DNA of 36,966 bases from a virus (IMGVR_UViG_3300026187_000041:1-36966); one strand, 5' to 3'; shown: positions 1 through 8,261, counted from the first letter of the stretch. Notes: generated from the sequence alone by a model not told the origin. Translations and numbers: made by a program.

Positions 1-1
1 A

Positions 2-238
2 AAGTTGACCAACGCACTTTCAACTCGTACTGCAGTTGAGATTGGTTCTCTACTCTACGATGGGTTCTCACTTGAAGAGGCTGCTGAGATTACGGTCTAC
101 CCTCTCTTCGATAAAGATGGTGGTGCTGATTCTGAAAGAACTTATATGAAACAATACGTTCAAAAGTTCTTGGGTCAAACACCAGAGAATGAAGATTTGT
201 TCAACGTTGAAACTGAAGACATCTCTAACCCTTTCTAA
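2..238 (+). CDS. C-terminal fragment of a MoxR/CbbQ-like AAA+ ATPase (5' truncated by the window)
   Basis: Frame is open from the window start. STRTAVEIG...FSLEEAAEITVYPLF...ERTYMKQYVQK resembles the sensor-2/lid region of MoxR/CbbQ-type phage AAA ATPases. Confidence 0.55.
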   Translation, partial: KLTNALSTRTAVEIGSLLYDGFSLEEAAEITVYPLFDKDGGADSERTYMKQYVQKFLGQTPENEDLFNVETEDISNPF

Positions 239-247
239 GGGTTAGGG
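223..247 (+). other. Hairpin over the ATPase stop codon, just upstream of the tRNA (possible processing signal)
   Basis: ctaaccctt (225-233) pairs perfectly with aagggttag (237-245) around a 3-nt loop; no U-tract follows. Confidence 0.4.
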
Positions 248-256
248 TGTCCCTAA

Positions 257-339
257 TGGAAGGTGGCCGAGTGGTTAAAGGCGACTGACTGTAAATCAGT
301 TCTCATAAGAGTACGGGGGTTCGAATCCCTCCCTTCCAA
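257..339 (+). tRNA. tRNA-Tyr (anticodon GUA), long variable arm, CCA not encoded
   Basis: Acceptor TGGAAGG/CCTTCCA, D arm GCC-GAGTGGTTAAA-GGC, anticodon arm ACTGA-CTGTAAA-TCAGT, variable arm CTC-ATAA-GAG, T arm GGGGG-TTCGAAT-CCCTC. Confidence 0.95.
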
Positions 340-356
340 CTAAATTAAAATTAACT

Positions 357-770
357 ATGGGATTTAATCCGTTCAAATGGTACACCAAAGGTAAAAAGAA
401 ACGCTTGCCCCAAAGCGCTCACTTGTTTGACAAGATTCAAAATGGGGACTTTGATTACTCTCATTATTACAAGGAAGCGGAGGAGGCTCGTAAAGAGTAC
501 TCCTCCCTATTCCAAAAAACGTTAGATGAGACTGGTGACTATTCAGCTGCCAGATGGAAAGCAAAGATGAAGAACGTTCGTGCTTTGAAACTTGATGAAG
601 AAGCATTTAACGATGAGCAAAAGATGTTATGGTCTCTGAAGAATGAACTACGAGAAGAGTTTGGGTTTTGTCTTTGGGACACGATGATGACTGAAGAAGC
701 AATGGACCTCGAAGAACTCTATGATTATTATTGTCAAGAAAAAATGCGTAGAGAAGGTTTGGATATTTAA
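357..770 (+). CDS. hypothetical phage protein
   Basis: 137-aa ORF with an A-rich leader (ttaactATG), collinear with neighbours. Confidence 0.8.
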   Translation: MGFNPFKWYTKGKKKRLPQSAHLFDKIQNGDFDYSHYYKEAEEARKEYSSLFQKTLDETGDYSAARWKAKMKNVRALKLDEEAFNDEQKMLWSLKNELREEFGFCLWDTMMTEEAMDLEELYDYYCQEKMRREGLDI

Positions 771-789
771 AAATTAATTTGTATATTTG
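758..789 (+). promoter_or_regulatory. Bacteroidota primary-sigma promoter (-33/-7)
   Basis: TTTG (758-761), 20-nt spacer, TATATTTG (782-789): an exact match to TTTG-N19-21-TAnnTTTG. Confidence 0.75.
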
Positions 790-794
790 TAGAG

Positions 795-1076
795 ATGATT
801 TACGACCCTAATAATGAATTAACTGAAGAACAACTATCTAACCTATCCGAAGATGCATTCTTTGAGTATATAGATAGTAAGGCAGAATACTTAAAACAAT
901 TTAGTAGACCATTACCAGGTCACTTGTTAAAGAAGTATGCATACATCGATGCTGCAAATCGAGGTGATAAAGTCTCAGACTCACACCACGAGAATTTAAA
1001 GAAGATGGCTAACGAGTATAGTACTAAAGCAACTCAACACATTGTTGATAAATTAAATGAGGATGGGATTCAATAA
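795..1076 (+). CDS. hypothetical phage protein
   Basis: 93-aa ORF directly after the promoter. Confidence 0.75.
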   Translation: MIYDPNNELTEEQLSNLSEDAFFEYIDSKAEYLKQFSRPLPGHLLKKYAYIDAANRGDKVSDSHHENLKKMANEYSTKATQHIVDKLNEDGIQ

Positions 1077-1236
1077 AAGAATATTACCCAATAAGATTAC
1101 ACTTCAGAATATGGTGTACGACTTTGGAGTTGAGTCAGTAGTTAAAAAGTATATAAACGCAGATGTATTGTTTGGTGATGCTGAATCTAAGACATACTTC
1201 GAAACAATAGTAAGAGAATATGAGTTGGGAAAGTGA
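1063..1236 (+). CDS. small hypothetical protein (57 aa, absent from the ORF track)
   Basis: ATG 1063 to TGA 1236 reads MGFNKRILPNKITLQNMVYDFGVESVVKKYINADVLFGDAESKTYFETIVREYELGK; it fills the gap and overlaps both neighbours. Confidence 0.75.
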   Translation: MGFNKRILPNKITLQNMVYDFGVESVVKKYINADVLFGDAESKTYFETIVREYELGK

Positions 1237-1840
1237 TAATGAGTTTGAGGAAATGTTCTCAGAAATCCGTAAGGAGTTGTATAAGGATGACTTCTTTCAT
1301 TTGATGCTGATTGAGGATGTTGAAAGATATTTACATTACCTACGTGAGCATCTACAAAGTGCAAATGATAATGACCTACTTGCTGACATACTAAAGTTGG
1401 CATTGGATGACTACCAAAAAGATGAGGTCGATATGGCTTTAGATGAATTGTCTGAGAAGGGTCTCATTCAAATGGTGGTGCGTGAAGATGGTAAACTTGC
1501 TTACCAAGCAACTGAACAAGGGTTAGAGGTTAATGAATTGATTAACTTCGCAGGAAATCAAATCGAGGAACAATCAAATAACATTATGGATATTAAATAT
1601 TCACCCGACCTATTTAGGGTAACTGGAGTTGATGACTCAATTAGATTCATTGACCAATCGGATAACTTTGAGTTCATTGTTATCCCAGCAGGAAGACAAC
1701 ACAATGGTGAGGAGTTCGTTAGTTTCTACCACACTATTTTTCAAGACTACCATTGGGGAAGTCCGAACGGAGAATACAAATTGGTTGATGAGATTCAACT
1801 ATTTGATATGTTAAACACTAATTATAATCAATCTAAATAA
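1220..1840 (+). CDS. hypothetical protein, possible winged-helix segment
   Basis: 206-aa ORF; EVDMALDELSEKGLIQMVVREDGKLAYQATEQG resembles a wHTH recognition helix plus wing. Confidence 0.7.
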   Translation: MSWESDNEFEEMFSEIRKELYKDDFFHLMLIEDVERYLHYLREHLQSANDNDLLADILKLALDDYQKDEVDMALDELSEKGLIQMVVREDGKLAYQATEQGLEVNELINFAGNQIEEQSNNIMDIKYSPDLFRVTGVDDSIRFIDQSDNFEFIVIPAGRQHNGEEFVSFYHTIFQDYHWGSPNGEYKLVDEIQLFDMLNTNYNQSK

Positions 1841-1848
1841 TAGAAACT

Positions 1849-2049
1849 ATGGCTTATTACATTGCTAAAGTAAAGGTTCATCACGAAGATGACAAAGGAA
1901 GAGTTAAGAAAGTAACGGAACAATACGTTGTGAATGCAGTATCGGTTACCGATGCAGAAGCAAAAATTGTTGCTGACTTTGAAGGAAGTAACTTAGAGTA
2001 TGAGGTGACTGCTGTTACTGATACTAAAATTATTAGTATTATCGAATGA
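1849..2049 (+). CDS. DUF4494-like small protein
   Basis: YIAKVK...DDKGRVKKVTEQYVVNAVSVTDAEAKI matches the pattern of Bacteroidota and phage DUF4494 proteins (G..KKVTE.YLVDA.S.TEAEARI). Confidence 0.7.
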   Translation: MAYYIAKVKVHHEDDKGRVKKVTEQYVVNAVSVTDAEAKIVADFEGSNLEYEVTAVTDTKIISIIE

Positions 2050-2258
2050 TATACGAAGCAGGAGATAGTGTAATTGTAAATGTGAACGGCACCTACCGAG
2101 TGGGTGTCGTTACACAAAAAATCAAACTAAAGAAAGGTTTGGTTTATTCAGTCGAGTTAGAAAACGGCAAGACACTTGAACGTTGTTCCGTAAATAAAGA
2201 ATTAAGTTCATACCACATACATCGTGGGCTTTCTAAACAATTAAAGAATGGTAATTGA
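2046..2258 (+). CDS. small hypothetical protein, SH3-like beta barrel
   Basis: 70 aa; YEAGDSVIV...RVGVV...YSVELENG pattern; ATGA overlap with the upstream gene. Confidence 0.7.
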   Translation: MIYEAGDSVIVNVNGTYRVGVVTQKIKLKKGLVYSVELENGKTLERCSVNKELSSYHIHRGLSKQLKNGN

Positions 2259-2544
2259 TACAAAGAAATTCAAATCTCTCAAACGTAGAGTTCTAAAGAA
2301 ATACCCAAATGCTAAAACCCAAATGAATTCCAATGGTAAATATTATGTTGCCGATGGTATGGGTTCAGCAATTGGTGATGAGTTTATGATTCCAGCACAA
2401 GAGTCGGTTCAAATGGCTTGGTACTGGGCAAACGAATCTGCTAAGTTAGAACAAAACCTAAGAAGAACACATCCAGATAAAACTGGGTTGGATTTTAATG
2501 AGAAAAAGTTTGATAGAATTTCACGTAGAAATCGTAAGAAGTAA
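2248..2544 (+). CDS. basic hypothetical protein
   Basis: 98-aa ORF overlapping the upstream gene. Confidence 0.75.
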   Translation: MVIDTKKFKSLKRRVLKKYPNAKTQMNSNGKYYVADGMGSAIGDEFMIPAQESVQMAWYWANESAKLEQNLRRTHPDKTGLDFNEKKFDRISRRNRKK

Positions 2545-2565
2545 TTTCATTAAGGTTGTGTAAAC

Positions 2566-2573
2566 TATTTATA
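2566..2573 (+). promoter_or_regulatory. putative phage late-promoter motif TATTTATA
   Basis: Intergenic; the same octamer recurs before starts at 10338, 19700 and 27815. Confidence 0.5.
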
Positions 2574-2596
2574 CTTGAATCATAAATCATTTAGAT

Positions 2597-2896
2597 ATGA
2601 AAAAACACAACAAAAAGTGGAGTGGGACTGTAAACCATTCTTACGCAGTTACGGAAAGTGAGGTAGAAAGACAGGCAAAGGCATATGGGAAGAACTATAC
2701 TTCTATTGACTTTGGATTTAATCCTGACTTGAAACCCGAAGACTTCCCTATGAGAAATTCAATGGAGATGGGAGTGCTTATGATTGGTAACCATCAAATT
2801 GAATTGACTAAAGCTGAAGCAGTTAAGATTATTACTACTCTTGATACTGCCATCTCATCTACCCAGCAACGTTATCGTGTTGGAACTCTACAATAG
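2597..2896 (+). CDS. hypothetical phage protein
   Basis: 99-aa ORF. Confidence 0.75.
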   Translation: MKKHNKKWSGTVNHSYAVTESEVERQAKAYGKNYTSIDFGFNPDLKPEDFPMRNSMEMGVLMIGNHQIELTKAEAVKIITTLDTAISSTQQRYRVGTLQ

Positions 2897-2902
2897 TAGA
2901 AC

Positions 2903-3256
2903 TTGGATAAGGTCATCATATCTCGAATCCTTGAAAAAGGTGAATCATTTGATAATGAGTTAGCATCATTTTTAGATGATGGGGTTTCTTCAATCTTAGT
3001 TGAACGAAGAGACCCCTACTTCACTATCGCAAAAAACAAAGTTAAATTATTGATATCGGTTACCAACCCAACTGGTGAGGTGCGTTCCTCATATACTGAG
3101 GAGATGATAACTCGATTAAACAAACTATATTTTAGTTTGAATGATAAGTTTGGTAAGATTTTTACTGAGATATGTATTGAGTCCGTTAAGGAGGGTGAAT
3201 ACTTAAATAAAGAAGCATTATCATTACTTAACGAGATACATAAGTCAATACGATAG
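2903..3256 (+). CDS. hypothetical phage protein (TTG start)
   Basis: 117-aa ORF filling the gap between neighbours. Confidence 0.65.
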   Translation: MDKVIISRILEKGESFDNELASFLDDGVSSILVERRDPYFTIAKNKVKLLISVTNPTGEVRSSYTEEMITRLNKLYFSLNDKFGKIFTEICIESVKEGEYLNKEALSLLNEIHKSIR

Positions 3257-3282
3257 ATACTTATTATAAAGGAGGAGTTCGT

Positions 3283-3636
3283 ATGGAAGATTACGGTGAT
3301 TGGATTTGGGATGAGTCCGAATACAACTTCTTTATGTCGTTGGGTGATATTGCAAAGTTAGAGTATATGTATGACTACTTCAACTTAGATGATGATGAAA
3401 TCACCGAGTTTGAATTAGACTTTGATGATGAGGAAGATGGTGGTCCATCTGCTACAAGCATCGATGTGGTCATTACTGATACTCACTTTCTTATAACGTG
3501 CTCCAATAAGGAAATCTTAAAGAAGACTATTGGGATGTTTAAAATGGATGGGTATATTATCGTACCCGATAAGGTCAGGGGTGACACACATTACTACAAA
3601 TATGTAGGGATGTCATCACCATTCTCGGTAAACTGA
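3283..3636 (+). CDS. acidic hypothetical protein
   Basis: 117 aa, strong SD (AAGGAGG) upstream, very D/E-rich N-terminal half. Confidence 0.8.
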   Translation: MEDYGDWIWDESEYNFFMSLGDIAKLEYMYDYFNLDDDEITEFELDFDDEEDGGPSATSIDVVITDTHFLITCSNKEILKKTIGMFKMDGYIIVPDKVRGDTHYYKYVGMSSPFSVN

Positions 3637-3674
3637 CAACGTGTCATAAAAAATACAAATGGTATGTCTATTGT
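3634..3674 (+). promoter_or_regulatory. TGACA-N3-TGTCA operator plus sigma54-like -24/-12 element upstream of hsp20
   Basis: Palindrome TGACAacgTGTCA (3634-3646), then TGGTATgtctaTTGT (3660-3674) with GG-N10-GT spacing. Confidence 0.55.
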
Positions 3675-3715
3675 TATATTAATAACACATTAATAATTTA
3701 ACAAAAGGATATATT

Positions 3716-4060
3716 ATGACATTTAATCAATTTAACACTTTGGTATCTGACTTTATGTTAGGTGAATGGGGAACTGAGTCCGGTTTATCTGCCAACACTG
3801 CTTTCCTAAAGGATGATGTATTAACTATGGAGTTTGAAGTTCCTGGTTTGTCTAATAAAGACATTGAGGTTTTAGTAGAAGACCGAATGTTGGAAATTAA
3901 GGCAGAGAAAGAACATCGTAAGTTCCACAAGAGATACAAAATCCACGATGCATTTGATATCAACGAAACTTCGGCAATTGCTAAAGATGGATTGCTAACC
4001 ATTACTATCCCTAAGTATGAGGACCGAAGAGCAAAATCAATTACAGTAAAAGTTAAGTAA
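3716..4060 (+). CDS. small heat-shock protein (Hsp20/alpha-crystallin)
   Basis: EFEVPGLSNKDIEVLVEDRMLEIKAEK...FHKRYKI...AIAKDGLLTITIPK...ITVK are the alpha-crystallin motifs, including A..dGLLtItiPK and the C-terminal IxV. Confidence 0.93.
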   Translation: MTFNQFNTLVSDFMLGEWGTESGLSANTAFLKDDVLTMEFEVPGLSNKDIEVLVEDRMLEIKAEKEHRKFHKRYKIHDAFDINETSAIAKDGLLTITIPKYEDRRAKSITVKVK

Positions 4061-4061
4061 G

Positions 4062-4259
4062 ATGTTTAGATTCTTCAGGTCTCAAAAAGTTACGTTTAAT
4101 AATAAGTTGTTCATCGTGGTCAGAAAGATTCGTGCTGACCATAATCCGATAATTGAAACTTGGAAAGACCACCTCGGTGTTGACACGGTATTGAAGAGAG
4201 ATGGTTATTACTATTTTTGTGAAGAGATTCCAAATATAGACTTTGAAGAATTAACATAA
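4062..4259 (+). CDS. small hypothetical protein
   Basis: 65-aa ORF immediately after hsp20, followed by a terminator. Confidence 0.75.
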   Translation: MFRFFRSQKVTFNNKLFIVVRKIRADHNPIIETWKDHLGVDTVLKRDGYYYFCEEIPNIDFEELT

Positions 4260-4267
4260 ACTTAACA
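4251..4267 (+). promoter_or_regulatory. TTAACA-N5-TTAACA direct repeat (OmpR/PhoB-family box-like)
   Basis: TTAACA at 4251 and 4262, 11-bp period, just upstream of the uvsE promoter-like element. Confidence 0.4.
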
Positions 4268-4297
4268 AAGGGGGCTTGTAAAAGTCCCCTTTTTTTT
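4267..4297 (+). terminator. Rho-independent terminator overlapping a host-type promoter
   Basis: Stem GGGGGCTT-GTAA-AAGTCCCC then a T-run. CTTG (4275-4278)-N20-TACTTTTA (4299-4306) forms a degenerate -33/-7 promoter. Confidence 0.8.
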
Positions 4298-4326
4298 GTA
4301 CTTTTATATAGTAAAAGAAAAACACT

Positions 4327-5232
4327 ATGACAAACCTCGGATATTGCTGTATCAATATGACCCTACGAAAGGACAAGATTACCACCAATCGTAGTATGAT
4401 TAAACGAACATTCTTAAAGGAGGGTGTCGATAGGTCTTCAGAACTTGCTTTAGAGAACGTTAGAGACCTTGTAAAGATTATTAAGTGGAATCATACCAAC
4501 GGATTTAAATTGTTCCGTATGTCCTCTGATTTAGTTCCGTGGGCAAGTGAGTTTCAATTGTCTGATATGAAGGATTATGAAAAGTTTGCTAATGTACTCA
4601 AGGGTGCAGGTGCTCTTACTAAGTCGTATGGTCAACGTATCACATCTCACCCTGGTCCATTCAATGTTTTAGTATCACCTAATGACCGAGTGGTAGACAA
4701 TACTATCAGAGACCTTTCCATTCACGGAGAGATATTTGACCTTATGGGATTGGAACGTAGTTACCAAAACCCAATCAACATTCATTGCAATGGTGTCTAT
4801 GGTGATAAAAAAGCTGCGATGGATAGATTCATCAAGAACTTCAAACGACTGCCTGAGTCAGTTCAATCACGATTGGTTGTTGAGAATGATGATAAGGCAA
4901 GTATGTATTCAGTCAAAGACCTTATGTATCTACACGAACATATTGGTATTCCAATTACGTTTGACTATCACCACCACAAGTTCAACACTGGTGGGTTATC
5001 GGAGCAAGAAGCATTGGAACTTGCTATGTCAACTTGGGGTGACTACAAACCATTGGTTCATTACTCTGAGTCAAGACAAATAGAAGAAGAGGGTGTAAAA
5101 GCACAAGCTCATTCTGATTACATCTATTCTGAGATTAACACCTATGGTCACTCTTTGGATATTGAGGTGGAGGCTAAGATGAAGGAACTGACTGTGTTAA
5201 ACTACTTTTCAAATTTTGGAAAACACAATTAG
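4327..5232 (+). CDS. uvsE: UV damage endonuclease (UvdE/UVDE family)
   Basis: LGYCCIN, FRMSSDLVPWAS, RITSHPGPFNVL, INIHCNGVYG, LVVENDDK, FDYHHH, HYSE, AHSDY and EVEAKMKE motifs. Confidence 0.95.
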   Translation: MTNLGYCCINMTLRKDKITTNRSMIKRTFLKEGVDRSSELALENVRDLVKIIKWNHTNGFKLFRMSSDLVPWASEFQLSDMKDYEKFANVLKGAGALTKSYGQRITSHPGPFNVLVSPNDRVVDNTIRDLSIHGEIFDLMGLERSYQNPINIHCNGVYGDKKAAMDRFIKNFKRLPESVQSRLVVENDDKASMYSVKDLMYLHEHIGIPITFDYHHHKFNTGGLSEQEALELAMSTWGDYKPLVHYSESRQIEEEGVKAQAHSDYIYSEINTYGHSLDIEVEAKMKELTVLNYFSNFGKHN

Positions 5233-5400
5233 ACACAGGAAGGGGATTAGCTTAATAGAAATGTTTTATAAACTTATTTTTCTATATTTATGTTTATGAA
5301 CTGACAAGTTCTAAACTTATTAGCTTATTAGCTTTAAACAATAATGTTTGGAAATAAATACAAGTTGTGAAGTTAGTAAACATAGATTTTGGAAAAAAAA

Positions 5401-6510
5401 ATGAAAAAATTTTTAAATAGAAAGAATTGGTTCATCTTACTGATGTCAATTAGTACCTTAGCACTTGCTGGTTCTGCAGCATACTACTCCGTATTTGGAT
5501 TGAGTTCATTGTTTGCTGGAGCACGATTTGAGGTAATCGTAATGGCATCTTCATTGGAGTTTAGTAAACTTATCATAGCATCATACCTACATAATAATTG
5601 GAAGACTGCTGGGTGGATGAAATGGTATCTTACTATTGCAGTTGGTATTCTAATGGTGATTACATCGGCCGGTATCTATGGATTCCTAACATCAGCATAT
5701 CAAAAGACTGCTGACCAATTAGGAGTAATGGATAAGCAAGTCCAAGTGATTGACTTAAAGAAACAAAGATTCCAAGAACAATTGGATTACTTTAATATAG
5801 AAAAGAAACAACTATCAGAATCTATCACCGACCTACGAAATGGATTATCTAATAACCAAGTTCAGTATCGTGATAAAGAGACTGGTCAGATTATAACAAC
5901 AACCTCATCATCTCAACGTAAGGCATTGGAAAGACAATTGACCTCAGCAGTTGAATCAAGAGATGGGGTATCAAAGAAGATTGAGGTGTTAACGGATTCC
6001 ATAACCTCTCTCGACTTACAAATATTAGATTTGGAATCCAACAATGAAGTTGCGGCAGAGGTTGGTCCTTTAAGATATATGTCTGAAATCACAGGCAAAT
6101 CTATGGCGACTATTGTGAATTGGTTTACACTATTAATTGTATTTGTGTTTGACCCACTCGCAATCTCAATGGTAATTGCATTAAATAAACTAACTAAAAA
6201 GGATGAAGATGGAAATAATCTTAATGTGCTCACTTTTACTAATAACGACCTTGGGGATACCATTAGTGATGATACCTCAGATGAGGACAATGGCGAATCG
6301 ATACCAATACCTACAAATGAAGTGGGAGAAGAAAGAAACGAAGAGGTTCAAGAAACTCCTGAAGAAGTCAAAAAAGAAAAAGAAGAAGTAGAGTTTATAC
6401 CTACTGATGAAGAAGCAAAGGACTTATACGGCGAAACTCCTAAAAAGAAAAAACAACCCAAACCTAAACACACCTATATGGCAGTTCAGCGTGGAGTTCG
6501 TAATAAGTAA
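5401..6510 (+). CDS. membrane protein: 3 N-terminal TM helices, long coiled coil, 1 TM, acidic/basic tail
   Basis: Hydrophobic segments at the N-terminus and at WFTLLIVFVFDPLAISMVIAL, with a heptad-rich middle. ATG 5401 is preferred over TTG 5389. Confidence 0.85.
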   Translation: MKKFLNRKNWFILLMSISTLALAGSAAYYSVFGLSSLFAGARFEVIVMASSLEFSKLIIASYLHNNWKTAGWMKWYLTIAVGILMVITSAGIYGFLTSAYQKTADQLGVMDKQVQVIDLKKQRFQEQLDYFNIEKKQLSESITDLRNGLSNNQVQYRDKETGQIITTTSSSQRKALERQLTSAVESRDGVSKKIEVLTDSITSLDLQILDLESNNEVAAEVGPLRYMSEITGKSMATIVNWFTLLIVFVFDPLAISMVIALNKLTKKDEDGNNLNVLTFTNNDLGDTISDDTSDEDNGESIPIPTNEVGEERNEEVQETPEEVKKEKEEVEFIPTDEEAKDLYGETPKKKKQPKPKHTYMAVQRGVRNK

Positions 6511-6511
6511 A

Positions 6512-6543
6512 TTTGGATTACTCGATTATTTTTTGTATATTGT
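6512..6543 (+). promoter_or_regulatory. Bacteroidota-type promoter upstream of the clpP-like gene
   Basis: TTTG (6512-6515)-N20-TATATTGT (6536-6543), same layout as 758-789. Confidence 0.6.
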
Positions 6544-6567
6544 ATACAAATAAACAAGTTATAAACA

Positions 6568-7194
6568 ATGGATGAATTGTATGATGGTGCTACAAGCACT
6601 GGTAAATATAAAGTAGGGTATAGTGAGTCTGATAAAGAAGACACTCAATTAAATTATTATAGAGAGTTTGATTATGGTATCGATACTACTGATAACGTAA
6701 TCTTAATCCAAGATGAAATCACTTCGGGGTTAACTTTTGATATCGTATCAAAGGTTCGACTACTCAAGAAAATTAATGGTGATATCTCATCAATCAATAT
6801 CTTACTTAACTCACCAGGTGGTGATGTTATCGAGACTCTTGCTTTAATCGATTTTATCCAATCACAAAAAGAACAAGGTATTACGTTCAACATTATTGTT
6901 CGTGGAGCTGCAATGTCGGCAGCTGCCTTGCTATTGACTTGTGGAACTGGAGTTAGAGCTGCAAGTAAACACTCTAAGATTATGGTCCACCAATTATCTA
7001 CTGTTGTAGTGGGTAAGTTGAGTGACATCAAGTCAAACGCAAAGTTCTCAGAACAATTAGAGGATGATTGTAATCAATTGATGGCAGATTACTCAAAGAT
7101 GGATAAAGAGTATTGGGAGGACATCTCATCTTCAGACTATTTTATGTCAGCAGATAAAGCATTAGAATTGGGAATTATAGATAAAGTAATTTAA
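6568..7194 (+). CDS. clpP: ClpP-like serine protease (peptidase S14)
   Basis: INILLNSPGGDV, GAAMSAAALLLTCG (catalytic Ser), SKIMVHQ (His), DYFMSADKALELGIIDKV (Asp). Confidence 0.9.
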   Translation: MDELYDGATSTGKYKVGYSESDKEDTQLNYYREFDYGIDTTDNVILIQDEITSGLTFDIVSKVRLLKKINGDISSINILLNSPGGDVIETLALIDFIQSQKEQGITFNIIVRGAAMSAAALLLTCGTGVRAASKHSKIMVHQLSTVVVGKLSDIKSNAKFSEQLEDDCNQLMADYSKMDKEYWEDISSSDYFMSADKALELGIIDKVI

Positions 7195-7195
7195 T

Positions 7196-7978
7196 ATGTT
7201 AGACTTTTTTACAGCAGAAGAACTTGTAGGGAACTACGAGAAGTTTCGTAAACTAATCAATCAAACATTTAGTGGTGACCGATTGGAATCCCTAAATAAA
7301 ATGTATGACCACTTTGAGGACCGTATCTTATATACACCTGCCTCATCGTTTGAGCATTTCCATAATGCATTTCCTGGTGGATACATTGACCACGTTCTTC
7401 GTGTGACTCGTAACGCAGTTAAGACTTACGAACACCACAAAGACTTAGGGATTGACTTAGAAGATTTAAGTAAAGAGACTGTAATCTTTACGGCACTACA
7501 CCACGACCTTGGTAAGTTAGGTAATGTTGATGAAGACTTCTATATCAAGAACGACTCTGAATGGCACGTTAAGAATCAAGGTAAGATTTACAAAACAAAC
7601 CCAGACATTCATTGGATGAATACTAACGATAGAACTTTCTATTTGTTAAACTACTTTGGTGTTAAGTGTACTGAGGAAGAATGGATTAGTATGAAACTTA
7701 CCGATGGTCTTTATGATGATAGTAACAACGAGTATCTTACTAAAACATTTGCAGGTCAGAAGTTAAAGACACCACTACCACACATCATGCATCAAGCAGA
7801 TTTAAATGCTTGTACATTCGAGTTCCAACGATGGAGTAAAGAAATGAATCCAGTTAAATCAACTCGTAAACCATCTACTGGTAGACCTGCTAAAGGTAAC
7901 TTGACTGAGACCTTTGCTAACAACGATGTTAAACCCACGAGTGTATTTGATGCATTTAAAGGAATTATAGAGGACTAA
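7196..7978 (+). CDS. HD-domain phosphohydrolase, YhaM/Cbf1-like
   Basis: PASS..HFHNAFPGGYIDHVLRV, ALHHDLGKLG and HQAD motifs. Confidence 0.85.
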   Translation: MLDFFTAEELVGNYEKFRKLINQTFSGDRLESLNKMYDHFEDRILYTPASSFEHFHNAFPGGYIDHVLRVTRNAVKTYEHHKDLGIDLEDLSKETVIFTALHHDLGKLGNVDEDFYIKNDSEWHVKNQGKIYKTNPDIHWMNTNDRTFYLLNYFGVKCTEEEWISMKLTDGLYDDSNNEYLTKTFAGQKLKTPLPHIMHQADLNACTFEFQRWSKEMNPVKSTRKPSTGRPAKGNLTETFANNDVKPTSVFDAFKGIIED

Positions 7979-7979
7979 G

Positions 7980-8261
7980 ATGATTGTTACAATTATTATA
8001 TTATCAATAACCACTATTGTGTTTTTGTATACCACAATAAACCTTCTTCGTAAGAATGAAGCACACGAAGATGTGGTTGTAGAGCAGGAGGAATTAATAG
8101 CAGAAATTGCCAAGAAAGTAGATGAGTCTATGGCACGGATGAAGGATATAGATAAGTTAGGTTCGTTTGAAGCAGATGATGAGACTGGGTATATCTTTAA
8201 AAATTTATATGAAGTAATCGAAGATTTAGAAAAATACTATGGGACGCAAGAGGAAGAATAA
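7980..8261 (+). CDS. small membrane-anchored coiled-coil protein
   Basis: N-terminal TM helix MIVTIIILSITTIVFLYTTINLL followed by a charged helix. Confidence 0.8.
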   Translation: MIVTIIILSITTIVFLYTTINLLRKNEAHEDVVVEQEELIAEIAKKVDESMARMKDIDKLGSFEADDETGYIFKNLYEVIEDLEKYYGTQEEE

